A stretch of DNA of 64,000 nt from an uncultured Lachnospiraceae bacterium (GCA_910588955.1 CAJURQ010000010.1:19347-83346); one strand, 5' to 3'; positions 34,709 through 43,320 are shown, numbered from the stretch's first letter. The notes: generated from the sequence alone by a model not told the origin. A program made the numbers and translations.

Positions 34709-36604
34709 ATGAAAAAGAATGTGGAAAAACTGATGGTATTGGGAATGGCGGGAGTTCTCCTGCTTACAGGATGCGGCGGGCATGATGAAACGTCCGCGCC
34801 GGCGTGGACGGATGGAACGGTTAGTCAGGAAGCGCCGACGGAATCATCATGGGGACTGCCGGGGGCAGACTACGGAGATGCGGAGGGAGAAGCAGCGGAC
34901 AGCGGCGCAGAAAGTCCGTCAGGAATGACAGATATGTCAGAAGACGCGGCGGTAGAAAATTCTGCCGAAGCAGAATACGATTTGCTGACAGAGGAGGCGA
35001 CGACGGGCGAGGCAGAGAAATACGCGGATATCGCGGAGACGCCGCAGGACAGCTATGACAGAAGCGGGGCGGCAAAGAAGGAAGACATGGAGGATTTATA
35101 TGCCAAAGGCGACACGCCCGACGGCTATCTTGGCTCCTGCTATGAGTTTGACGAGGAAATGGATGAGAGGGTTAATCAGGAGGAGTACAGCAAGTGGGAG
35201 GAGCAGGGATTCTTTTCCGTGATGGACCAGCCGCTTTCCACCTTTGCCGCAGATGTGGACACGGCGTCCTACAGCAATATGCGCCGTCTGATTCGGGAGG
35301 GCTATGATTTGGAGAGCCTGCCGGAAGGCGCGGTCAGAATTGAGGAGATGCTGAATTACTTCACTTACGATTACGAAGAACCCGTGGGGCAGGAGCCTTT
35401 CGGGGTGACGACGCAGATTGGTCGCTGCCCGTGGAATGAGGAGGCAGAGCTTTTGATGGTCGGGTTAAAGACGGAGGATATTAATTATGAGCAGGCGCCC
35501 GCGTCCAATCTCGTGTTTCTGCTGGACGTTTCCGGTTCTATGGGAGAACCCGATAAGCTGCCGCTCTTGCAGGAGGCTTTTGCGGAGCTTACGGACAATC
35601 TCCGCCGTAAGGACAGGATTTCCATTGTGACTTATGCGTCGGAGGACACGATTGTGCTGGAGGGCGCAAACGGAAGTGAGAAGCGGAAAATAAAGCAGGC
35701 GTTAGGCGGCTTGAAGCCAAGCGGCGGCACTTGGGGCAGCAGGGGAATTGAGACGGCGTACTCACTGGCGGAGGAAAACTTTGTCATAGGCGGCAACAAT
35801 CGCGTGATTCTGGCGACGGACGGCGACCTGAATATCGGCATGACCACCGAGGAGGAGCTGCAAGAACTGATTTCCAAGAAAAAAGAGACCGGGATTTTCC
35901 TGTCTGTGCTTGGTTTCGGGACGGATAATATCAAAGACAATAAGATGGAAACGCTGGCGGACAAGGGAAACGGCAACTATGCCTACATAGATTGTATGCA
36001 GGAGGCGAAGAAGGTGTTGTCGGAGGAGATGACAGCCATGCTTCTGACGGTCTGCAAGGATGTAAAGCTGCAGGTAGAGTTTAATCCGGAACTGGTGGAG
36101 GCTTATCGGCTTCTGGGGTATGATAACAGGGTGCTGGACAGAAAGGACTTTCATGACGATACAAAGGACGGCGGGGAAATCGGAGCCGGGCACAGCGTGA
36201 CGGCGCTCTATGAGATCGTACTGCGGGAGCCTTTGCAGGGCGGCATGGCGGAAGATGAGATTGACGATCTGAAATACGGAGACGAGTACAGAAAAAGGGC
36301 TGGTGAGACGCCGACAAAGAATCAGAAATACAAGGAGTGGCTGACGGTCAGCATCCGCTATAAAAAGCCTGCCGAGAGCAAGAGCGAGCTTTTGGAGTAC
36401 CCGATCGGGTATGACAGCTATTCGGAAAAGCCCTCCAACGATTTCCAGTTTGCGGCGGCAGTGGCGGAGTTCGGTCTGCTTGCGTCCCACAGCGAGTTTC
36501 CGGAGGATGCGTCCGTGGAACGGGTCATAAAAACCGTCAAAAAGCTGGATTTAAAGGATACTTATAAAAGGGAATTTTTGGATCTGGTGGAGGAAGTGAG
36601 ATAG
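34709..36604 (+). CDS. von Willebrand factor A-domain lipoprotein (YfbK-like)
   Basis: Start placed at ATG 34709, after GGAGGAGAAAGG. Lipobox LTGC and MIDAS motif LDVSGSM. The C-terminal region resembles DUF3520. Confidence 0.8.
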   Translation: MKKNVEKLMVLGMAGVLLLTGCGGHDETSAPAWTDGTVSQEAPTESSWGLPGADYGDAEGEAADSGAESPSGMTDMSEDAAVENSAEAEYDLLTEEATTGEAEKYADIAETPQDSYDRSGAAKKEDMEDLYAKGDTPDGYLGSCYEFDEEMDERVNQEEYSKWEEQGFFSVMDQPLSTFAADVDTASYSNMRRLIREGYDLESLPEGAVRIEEMLNYFTYDYEEPVGQEPFGVTTQIGRCPWNEEAELLMVGLKTEDINYEQAPASNLVFLLDVSGSMGEPDKLPLLQEAFAELTDNLRRKDRISIVTYASEDTIVLEGANGSEKRKIKQALGGLKPSGGTWGSRGIETAYSLAEENFVIGGNNRVILATDGDLNIGMTTEEELQELISKKKETGIFLSVLGFGTDNIKDNKMETLADKGNGNYAYIDCMQEAKKVLSEEMTAMLLTVCKDVKLQVEFNPELVEAYRLLGYDNRVLDRKDFHDDTKDGGEIGAGHSVTALYEIVLREPLQGGMAEDEIDDLKYGDEYRKRAGETPTKNQKYKEWLTVSIRYKKPAESKSELLEYPIGYDSYSEKPSNDFQFAAAVAEFGLLASHSEFPEDASVERVIKTVKKLDLKDTYKREFLDLVEEVR

Positions 36605-36605
36605 A

Positions 36606-36648
36606 AAAGGGGCAGGACGGTATTTGACATCCGTCCTGCCCCTTTCTT
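36606..36648. terminator. bidirectional terminator between the vWA gene and hsp20
   Basis: Stem of about 15 bp, AAAGGGGCAGGACGG / CCGTCCTGCCCCTTT, with T-rich tracts on both strands. Confidence 0.8.
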
Positions 36649-36669
36649 ATGAGGGGGTAAGAATTTTTA

Positions 36670-37131
36670 TTATTTTACTTCGATCCGCTTTACTTCCTCC
36701 TTTGCAGCGAGCTCCTTCTTGGGGAATTTTACTTCCAGAATACCGTTGTTGTAGGAGGCGTCAATATCGCCCGGCTCTACATCGTTCACGCGGAAACTTC
36801 TTGAGTAGGAACTGTAATACCGCTCTCTGCGGATGTATTTGTCCTTGCTGTCCTCATTTTTCTCTTCCTTGTGGGACGCGGAGATGGTCAGCAGGTTATC
36901 CTTCAAGTCAATGTTGATATCGGACTTGTCGAAGCCCGGCAGCTCCGCCTGCAGCAGATAGCTGTCTCCCTGATCGATCACGTCGGTCTTAAAGGCATCG
37001 AAGGTGGCAAGCTCGTTGTTTCCCCAGAAATTCTTGAAGGCATCATCGAACATCCTGTCAAAAGGATCGTCGAAGAATGCGGGTTTGTAGGTACGATTGT
37101 TCAATAATGCAGGTCTTAACATAGAAATCAC
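36670..37131 (-). CDS. Hsp20 / alpha-crystallin family small heat-shock protein
   Basis: 153 aa. Alpha-crystallin domain (DVIDQGDSYLLQAELPGF...YNNGILEVKFPK). Confidence 0.92.
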   Translation of the reverse strand: MISMLRPALLNNRTYKPAFFDDPFDRMFDDAFKNFWGNNELATFDAFKTDVIDQGDSYLLQAELPGFDKSDINIDLKDNLLTISASHKEEKNEDSKDKYIRRERYYSSYSRSFRVNDVEPGDIDASYNNGILEVKFPKKELAAKEEVKRIEVK

Positions 37132-37358
37132 TCCTTCGTTATGTTATATTACCAGTATGACCGAATTAACAAATTCGATTCATAACCGGTAGTTGTTTAT
37201 TTGTTTATATATGTTATACATCATATATAACAGACAATCAATAATAGAAATATAAAGTGTTTATAAAGAGATTATAAACTGGCGGCGGAAACGACCGGGG
37301 TGTATAATGGGTATGGAAACGGGGTGTTAGACACTTGAATAGCGGGGGAGGAGATTAT

Positions 37359-38147
37359 ATGGATTTTGGAATGCCGACATTGATCGAAAACAAAGACTTG
37401 GAGGAGAATATTTCCCTCTGCAAAGAGCTGGATTTGCAGTTTATAGAACTGAATATGAATTTCCCGATGTACCAGATTCCGCAGTTAGAGAGAACAGCGT
37501 ACTTGAAAAAGCTGGCGCGGGAAAACGGTATTTATTTTACGATCCATCTGGACGAGAATCTGAATGTCTGCGATTTTAACCCACTTGTGGCGGATGCGTA
37601 CATGGAGACGACAGAGCGGGCGCTCAGGGTCGCTGCAGAGCTTGGCGCGCCGCTGTTAAATATGCATATGAATCACGGTATTTATATCACGCTGCCCGAC
37701 AGGAAGGTGAGGCTGTTCGGAGAGTACCGGGAGCCGTATATGACGGCGATACATAAATTTAGGGAAATGTGCGAGAGGACGGCGGGCAGTTCCGGTGTAA
37801 AGATATGTATTGAAAATACGGACGGCTTTCAAGACTTTGAGAAGGAGGCAATTGATTATCTGCTGCAGAGCGAGATGTTTGCGCTGACTTGGGATATCGG
37901 GCACTCCCATGCGTGCGGTGACGCGGATGAGGCTTTCCTGATGGAGCGGAAGGACAGACTGTACCACTTCCATATCCACGATGCCAAGGGAACGGCAAAC
38001 CATCAGAAACTTGGTTCGGGGGAAATCGATCTGGCGCAGAGACTCGGTATCGCAAAGAATGGCGGCTGCCGGTGTGTGGTGGAGACAAAAACGATTGATG
38101 CGCTGCGGCAGTCCGTAAAGTGGTTGAATGAGAACGGATATCGATAA
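37359..38147 (+). CDS. sugar phosphate isomerase/epimerase (xylose isomerase-like TIM barrel)
   Basis: Start placed at ATG 37359, after GGGGGAGGAG. AP_endonuc_2-type motifs (IHLDENL, CIENT, WDIGHSH, HFHIHD). Confidence 0.8.
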   Translation: MDFGMPTLIENKDLEENISLCKELDLQFIELNMNFPMYQIPQLERTAYLKKLARENGIYFTIHLDENLNVCDFNPLVADAYMETTERALRVAAELGAPLLNMHMNHGIYITLPDRKVRLFGEYREPYMTAIHKFREMCERTAGSSGVKICIENTDGFQDFEKEAIDYLLQSEMFALTWDIGHSHACGDADEAFLMERKDRLYHFHIHDAKGTANHQKLGSGEIDLAQRLGIAKNGGCRCVVETKTIDALRQSVKWLNENGYR

Positions 38148-38200
38148 AACGAAGCAGCGGCATGAAAAAGGGGCAGACACAAATAGTCTGCCCTGTATGG

Positions 38201-38428
38201 CTAGCCATATATGAAGGGAGTTAATTTCTCCCTGATTCCCTCGTCGTCCGAATCGTAAGTGAGTTGGAGCGGACGGGTCAGATCAAGCGCCATTACGCCG
38301 AGTATGGATTTAGCGTCTACGACTCTTCGGCCTTCCCCTAAGTTGAAGCACGAATCAATCTTATCAATTACATCCACAAACTTTCTGATCTGATTCACAT
38401 CATTGAATTTGACATTTACCTGCTGCAT
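38201..38428 (-). CDS. HPr-like small protein lacking the His15 site
   Basis: 75 aa. DAKSILGVMALDL resembles the HPr Ser46 region. No histidine sits at the position of the GIHARPA motif. Strong RBS AAGGAGGAG. Confidence 0.6.
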   Translation of the reverse strand: MQQVNVKFNDVNQIRKFVDVIDKIDSCFNLGEGRRVVDAKSILGVMALDLTRPLQLTYDSDDEGIREKLTPFIYG

Positions 38429-38728
38429 AATCTCGTCTCCTCCTTAATCATTATTGATGTCAAAAATCGATGTCAAAAACGGAAAACAATGATTTACAAA
38501 TCAATTTGATTAACAGCAATTCCCCTATATGCAGAATTCCTTGACAACACATCTGTTAGTTTGTCGTTTGTTTTTCGTATGAGCCTCCTTTCTCTGCGAA
38601 AATATAATTGATATTTCGTGAGAATATAATATCTGCCCTTTTCAAAAATGTAAATAGGCAAAATCTATAAATTTTTTAAAACTCTATTATACAGTATGCC
38701 CAGAAAAATCGGGAACAAAACAGAAGAC

Positions 38729-38756
38729 AAAAAAGGACGTCCACATCGGGACGCCC
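38729..38756 (-). terminator. terminator after rubredoxin
   Basis: On the minus strand: GGGCGTCC / GGACGTCC (one G-U pair) with a 6-nt loop, followed by TTTTTT. Confidence 0.65.
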
Positions 38757-38770
38757 TTCCTATGTGATAT

Positions 38771-38944
38771 TTAGTTGTAATTTTCAATAACCGGCTGGAA
38801 CATATCCTTAGTCACGCCGCAGAGGGGGCAGCACCAGTCTGCCGGAAGATCTTCAAACGCCGTGCCGGGCTTAATGCCGTGTTCCGGATCGCCCTTTTCG
38901 GGATCATAAGTATAGCCGCAGGGATTGCAAAAATATTTTTTCAT
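38771..38944 (-). CDS. rd: rubredoxin
   Basis: Absent from the ORF track (57 aa, below its length cut-off). My translation: [57 protein letters not shown]. Two CxxC pairs. RBS AAAGGAGGAA. Confidence 0.9.
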   Translation of the reverse strand: MKKYFCNPCGYTYDPEKGDPEHGIKPGTAFEDLPADWCCPLCGVTKDMFQPVIENYN

Positions 38945-38982
38945 ATCACATTCCTCCTTTGTACTTTATAGATATGTGGTGA

Positions 38983-39522
38983 TTAACCGAAATATCTCTT
39001 TAACAGACCTTCAAATGCCTTGCCGTGTCTTGCCTCGTCGCGCGCCATCTCGTGAACGGTGTCATGGATTGCGTCAAGGTTTGCTGCCTTCGCGCGCTTA
39101 GCCAGATCGAATTTGCCGGCGGTTGCGCCGTTCTCAGCTTCGACTCTCATCTCCAGATTCTTCTTGGTGGAATCGGTAACTACTTCGCCGAGCAGCTCTG
39201 CAAACTTAGCGGCATGCTCTGCCTCTTCCCATGCAGCCTTTTCCCAGTACAGACCGATCTCGGGATAACCTTCTCTGTGTGCAACTCTTGCCATAGCGAG
39301 ATACATGCCAACCTCGGTGCACTCGCCGTTGAAGTTTGCTCTCAGATCAGCCATGATATCCTCGCTGACACCCTTCGCTACGCCTACCACATGCTCTGCA
39401 GCCCATTCCATAGCGCCGCTCTGCGCTGTGAATTTTTCAGCCGGTGCACCGCACTGAGGGCATTTCTCCGGTGCAGAATCTCCTTCGTGAACATAACCAC
39501 ATACCTGACATACAAATTTCAT
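38983..39522 (-). CDS. rbr: reverse rubrerythrin (N-terminal rubredoxin-like domain + ferritin-like diiron domain)
   Basis: 179 aa. CQVCG...CPQCG at the N-terminus, then ExxH diiron motifs ([17 protein letters not shown]). Confidence 0.9.
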   Translation of the reverse strand: MKFVCQVCGYVHEGDSAPEKCPQCGAPAEKFTAQSGAMEWAAEHVVGVAKGVSEDIMADLRANFNGECTEVGMYLAMARVAHREGYPEIGLYWEKAAWEEAEHAAKFAELLGEVVTDSTKKNLEMRVEAENGATAGKFDLAKRAKAANLDAIHDTVHEMARDEARHGKAFEGLLKRYFG

Positions 39523-39596
39523 ACCGTGTTCTCCTTTTCTTTTTGATATTTTAACCCTTAATTCATGGGTTTACCAGCACACTCGTCCAATTAGAT

Positions 39597-39998
39597 TTAT
39601 TCCCTGTTTTTGGCATCTTTATCCAGACATTTTCCACAAAGTCCGTAAAAGCAGGTGGTTTGCCGCTCAACTCTGCCGTCAAAGTTTCGTCGGGCGTCTG
39701 CCAGCATTTCGTTCATACAGTCAAGCTGCATATCTGTCACGCCGCCGCAGTCCGAACAGACAAAGTGACAATGCAGGGAGGTGTCCGCATCAAAGTGATC
39801 GACGCCGTCGCCCACCTGTAACCGCAGGATTTCGCCTCTGTCGGCAAGCAGAGTCAGATTGCGGTAGACGGTTCCCAGACTGATATTCGGATATTCCTGC
39901 CTGACGTTCTGATACACGACGTCGGCGGTGGGATGATCCTTGCGGGTCATCAGAAAGCTGTGGATAAGCTGCCGCTGCCGACTGTATTTCACCGCCAT
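39597..39998 (-). CDS. perR: Fur-family peroxide-responsive repressor (PerR-like)
   Basis: 133 aa. DNA-binding N-terminus (RQRQLIHSFL...HPTADVVYQ) and CxxC pairs (CSDCG, CGKC). It sits directly upstream of rbr and rd. Confidence 0.8.
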   Translation of the reverse strand: MAVKYSRQRQLIHSFLMTRKDHPTADVVYQNVRQEYPNISLGTVYRNLTLLADRGEILRLQVGDGVDHFDADTSLHCHFVCSDCGGVTDMQLDCMNEMLADARRNFDGRVERQTTCFYGLCGKCLDKDAKNRE

Positions 39999-40068
39999 GG
40001 CAATTCCTCCTGACTCGTCCGATCCTTTGTATTTTTAAAAATAGGAATCATTACTGTTTTATATGTCC

Positions 40069-40096
40069 ATTATAGCAAATCAAGCGGACATGTCAA
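40069..40096 (-). promoter_or_regulatory. consensus sigma-A promoter of perR
   Basis: On the minus strand: TTGACA (40096-40091), 16 nt, TATAAT (40074-40069). Confidence 0.6.
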
Positions 40097-40174
40097 TCCA
40101 GAATTTGGAAATTTATAAATTTTTTATAAGATTATAGGAGATGTTTTATTTTCAACTTTGTAAATTGTGGTATC

Positions 40175-40272
40175 ATAGAGTGAAAAGAAGTTCTAGCCGC
40201 TCACAGCAGAGGCTGTTTCGCGGAGAACTTCTAAGTTTCACTCAGGAGAATGCCCAAAATACGGCATTCTCC
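40175..40272 (+). promoter_or_regulatory. conserved structured leader / operator element, copy A (upstream of the histidine kinase)
   Basis: 66-nt hairpin at 40178-40243: outer stem GAGTGAAA/TTTCACTC, middle stem AGAAGTTCT/AGAACTTCT, inner stem ACAGC/GCTGT. A second perfect 10-bp hairpin GGAGAATGCC/GGCATTCTCC lies at 40245-40272. The first 58 nt are about 80 percent identical to 60025-60081. Confidence 0.45.
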
Positions 40273-40326
40273 ACACGAATCATAAACCATGCATGTATGG
40301 GCGGAACGCAGAAAGAAGGTTTTTAG

Positions 40327-41808
40327 GTGAAATTCAGAACAAGGCTTCTCATCACATCATTGTCAATAGTGCTGCTGCCGCTTTTGCTGACATGCGCCGC
40401 GCTTTTGGTGGTGGGCAGTCATATTGAGGACGTGGAAACGCCGTCGGATTTTTTTGATAGGGACAAAGCTTCTTATATATACACGATAGAAAATTACAGC
40501 CGCATTTCAGAGGAAGTGCTTGAAAAAGTGAGGCAGCAGATCAAGGAGGATCCGTCCCGACTGGAGGATACGGATTATCTGGATGAAATTACGCTTGATC
40601 TGAAGGATAAGTCCTCCTATATCATAGTCAGAAAGAACAGCGCGCTTTATTATACCGGCAATAATAATGCCGCGAAAAAGATATTTCCCGCGCTGCCGGA
40701 GTACGGCAATGAGATGCCCGGTTCGGAGGCGAGCTATTATTACAGCGACATCAAGAAGTTTGTGAAGGAAGTGGATTTTCGCTTTTCCGACGGCAGCGAG
40801 GGCAGTTTTTTCGTGATCACGAGCGTCAACTCTCTGCTTTCCAGAAAGATGCTTTTGCGGATGATATTGGCGTTTATTCTGGTACTGGTATTTACCAGCC
40901 TGCTGCTGACACAGTGGTTCCGCAAAGGTATTTTTACACCGATTAACCAGTTGAATACGGCGATGCAGAACATTGCCGAAGGCAATCTGGAATACATGCT
41001 GACTACGGAGGAAAAGGGCGAAATCGGTGAACTTTACCGCAATTACGAGGACATGAGGCTGCGGCTGAAAGAGTCGCTGGACGAAAAGTTCGAGCACGAG
41101 AAGAAAAACCGGGAGCTGATCAGCAATATTTCGCATGACTTGAAAACACCCATTACCGCGGTTAAAGGCTACGTGGAGGGCATTATGGACGGGGTGGCGG
41201 ACACGCCGGAGAAGATGGATAAATATATCAAGACCATCTACAATAAGGCGAACGATATGGATCGCCTCATCAACGAGCTGACCACCTATTCTGGCATTGA
41301 CAATAACCGCATTCCCTACAACTTCCACCGCATCAACGTGGCGGAATACTTTGGAGACTGCGTGGAGGAAGTGGGGCTTGATCTGGAGTCAAAGAATATC
41401 CAGTTGAATTACGAGGATCTGGTGGAGCCGTCCACACAGATCATTGCCGACCCAGAGCAGCTGAAGCGGGTGATCAATAATATTATCGGAAACAGTGTAA
41501 AATATCTGGATAAGGAGAAGGGCGTTATCGATATCCGCATTCTGGATGAAGTTGATTCTATCCGCGTGGAGATCGAGGACAACGGCAAGGGCATCGCGGC
41601 AAAGGATCTGCCCAACATTTTCGAGCGGTTTTACAGGACGGACGCTTCCCGCAATTCCTCACAGGGAGGCAGTGGAATCGGGCTGTCCATTGTAAAGAAA
41701 ATTATAGAGGACCACGGCGGCTACATCTGGGCTACCAGCAAGGAAAATGAAGGAACATGTATGCATTTTGTGATACGGAAGTGGCTCAGTGAACAGGAAA
41801 AGAATTGA
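40327..41808 (+). CDS. sensor histidine kinase (2 TM, HAMP, HisKA, HATPase_c)
   Basis: 493 aa with a GTG start after GAAAGAAGG. H-box SHDLKTPIT. N and G boxes (NSVKY, DNGKGI, GGSGIGLSIV). Confidence 0.88.
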   Translation: MKFRTRLLITSLSIVLLPLLLTCAALLVVGSHIEDVETPSDFFDRDKASYIYTIENYSRISEEVLEKVRQQIKEDPSRLEDTDYLDEITLDLKDKSSYIIVRKNSALYYTGNNNAAKKIFPALPEYGNEMPGSEASYYYSDIKKFVKEVDFRFSDGSEGSFFVITSVNSLLSRKMLLRMILAFILVLVFTSLLLTQWFRKGIFTPINQLNTAMQNIAEGNLEYMLTTEEKGEIGELYRNYEDMRLRLKESLDEKFEHEKKNRELISNISHDLKTPITAVKGYVEGIMDGVADTPEKMDKYIKTIYNKANDMDRLINELTTYSGIDNNRIPYNFHRINVAEYFGDCVEEVGLDLESKNIQLNYEDLVEPSTQIIADPEQLKRVINNIIGNSVKYLDKEKGVIDIRILDEVDSIRVEIEDNGKGIAAKDLPNIFERFYRTDASRNSSQGGSGIGLSIVKKIIEDHGGYIWATSKENEGTCMHFVIRKWLSEQEKN

Positions 41809-41824
41809 GAGAAAGGACAGGACA

Positions 41825-42514
41825 GTGAGTAAAATTTTAATTGTGGAAGACGAAGAGGCAATCGCGGATCTGGAGAAAGATTATCTGGAATTGAGCGATT
41901 TTGAAGTGACCATTGAAAATACAGGGGACAAGGGGCTGGAAGCGGCGCTTTCGGGGAATTACGATCTTGTGATTCTGGATTTGATGCTGCCGGGAATCGA
42001 CGGCTTTGAGGTCTGCAAACAGATTCGGGAAGAGAAAAACATTCCGATCATCATGGTGTCGGCAAAGAAAGACGATATCGACAAGATCAGAGGTCTCGGT
42101 CTTGGCGCGGACGACTATATGACCAAGCCTTTCAGCCCGTCTGAACTTGTGGCGCGGGTAAAGGCGCATATGGCGCGCTATGACAGACTTGTGGGCAGCA
42201 ACCAGAAGGCGAACGACATCATAGAGATTCGCGGGCTTAAGATTGATAAGACCGCCAGACGTGTCTACGTGGATGGGGAGGAGAGAATCTTTACCACCAA
42301 GGAGTTTGACTTGCTAACCTTCCTCGCGGAGAATCCGAACCACGTGTATTCCAAGGAAGAACTGTTCCGTGAAATTTGGGATATGGATTCCATCGGTGAT
42401 ATCGCCACCGTCACCGTGCACATCAAGAAAATCCGCGAGAAGATAGAGTTCGACACCGCCAAACCCCAGTATATTGAGACTATCTGGGGAATCGGGTATA
42501 GGTTTAAAATATAA
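41825..42514 (+). CDS. OmpR/PhoB-family response regulator
   Basis: Start placed at GTG 41825 (VSKILIVEDEE). Receiver Asp in DLVILDLMLPG. Winged helix ...YIETIWGIGYRF. Confidence 0.9.
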   Translation: MSKILIVEDEEAIADLEKDYLELSDFEVTIENTGDKGLEAALSGNYDLVILDLMLPGIDGFEVCKQIREEKNIPIIMVSAKKDDIDKIRGLGLGADDYMTKPFSPSELVARVKAHMARYDRLVGSNQKANDIIEIRGLKIDKTARRVYVDGEERIFTTKEFDLLTFLAENPNHVYSKEELFREIWDMDSIGDIATVTVHIKKIREKIEFDTAKPQYIETIWGIGYRFKI

Positions 42515-42546
42515 CCAGTGCGAGTCTGATAGAGTAGAGGTACAAA

Positions 42547-43257
42547 ATGAATCATAACAGAATCCTCCACGAAGATAACGACATCATTGTCTGCCATAAG
42601 CCCGCCGGGATTGCCACCCAGACGGCAAGGGTGGGGCAGGCGGATATGGTGAGCGAGATCACGAATTATCTGGCGTCAAAGGAAGGCGCCGCCGGGAAAT
42701 CCCCCTGCGTGGGTGTGGTCCACCGATTGGACCAGCCTGTGGAGGGGATTTTGGTTTTTGCAAAGAACAGGCAGGCGGCGGCGAATTTAAGCAGACAGGC
42801 GGCGGGGGAGGAAATGAAGAAAGAATACTTGGCGCTTATCTGCGGAAAGGATATGCCGCGGACGGGAGAACTGACCGATTATCTGCTGAAGGACGGAAAG
42901 ACGAATGTTTCCCGCGTCGTGCCGCCGGAAGTGAAGGGGGCAAAGCAGGCACGGCTGTCTTATGAAATGTTGCGGGAGGATAAGGAACGGCAGATTGCGC
43001 TTGTAAAAATCTGTCTCCATACGGGACGCCACCACCAGATTCGGGTGCAGATGGCGAACGCGGGCATGCCTCTTTTGGGGGATCACAAGTATGCCGATGA
43101 GACGGCGCTTGCCCTGTCGGAGAAGCTGGGCGTGCGGGAGACGGCGCTTTGTGCGTACCGTCTGGCGTTTACCCATCCGAAAACGGGGAAACGGATGCAG
43201 TTTGAAATTAAGCCGGAGGGCGCGGCGTTTCAAAAATTCACGTATAAGATTTCATAA
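42547..43257 (+). CDS. RluA-family pseudouridine synthase
   Basis: 236 aa. Catalytic motif VVHRLDQPVEG, plus HTGRHHQIRVQ. Confidence 0.88.
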   Translation: MNHNRILHEDNDIIVCHKPAGIATQTARVGQADMVSEITNYLASKEGAAGKSPCVGVVHRLDQPVEGILVFAKNRQAAANLSRQAAGEEMKKEYLALICGKDMPRTGELTDYLLKDGKTNVSRVVPPEVKGAKQARLSYEMLREDKERQIALVKICLHTGRHHQIRVQMANAGMPLLGDHKYADETALALSEKLGVRETALCAYRLAFTHPKTGKRMQFEIKPEGAAFQKFTYKIS

Positions 43258-43289
43258 AAGTCACATAATAACAGTACAGCTTCAGTGTA

Positions 43290-43320
43290 AAGAAGCGGGA
43301 ACCCCCTCCCGCTTCTTTTT
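43290..43320 (+). terminator. terminator after the rluA-like gene
   Basis: Stem AGAAGCGGGA / TCCCGCTTCT with a 6-nt loop, followed by TTTT. Confidence 0.8.

Noticed and set aside
38500-38592. Strong SD (AAAGGAGG, minus strand) with a possible 29-codon ORF.
   Set aside because: The only in-register start would be ATA. The nearest ATG-initiated ORF (30 aa) has no RBS. I cannot support a gene here.
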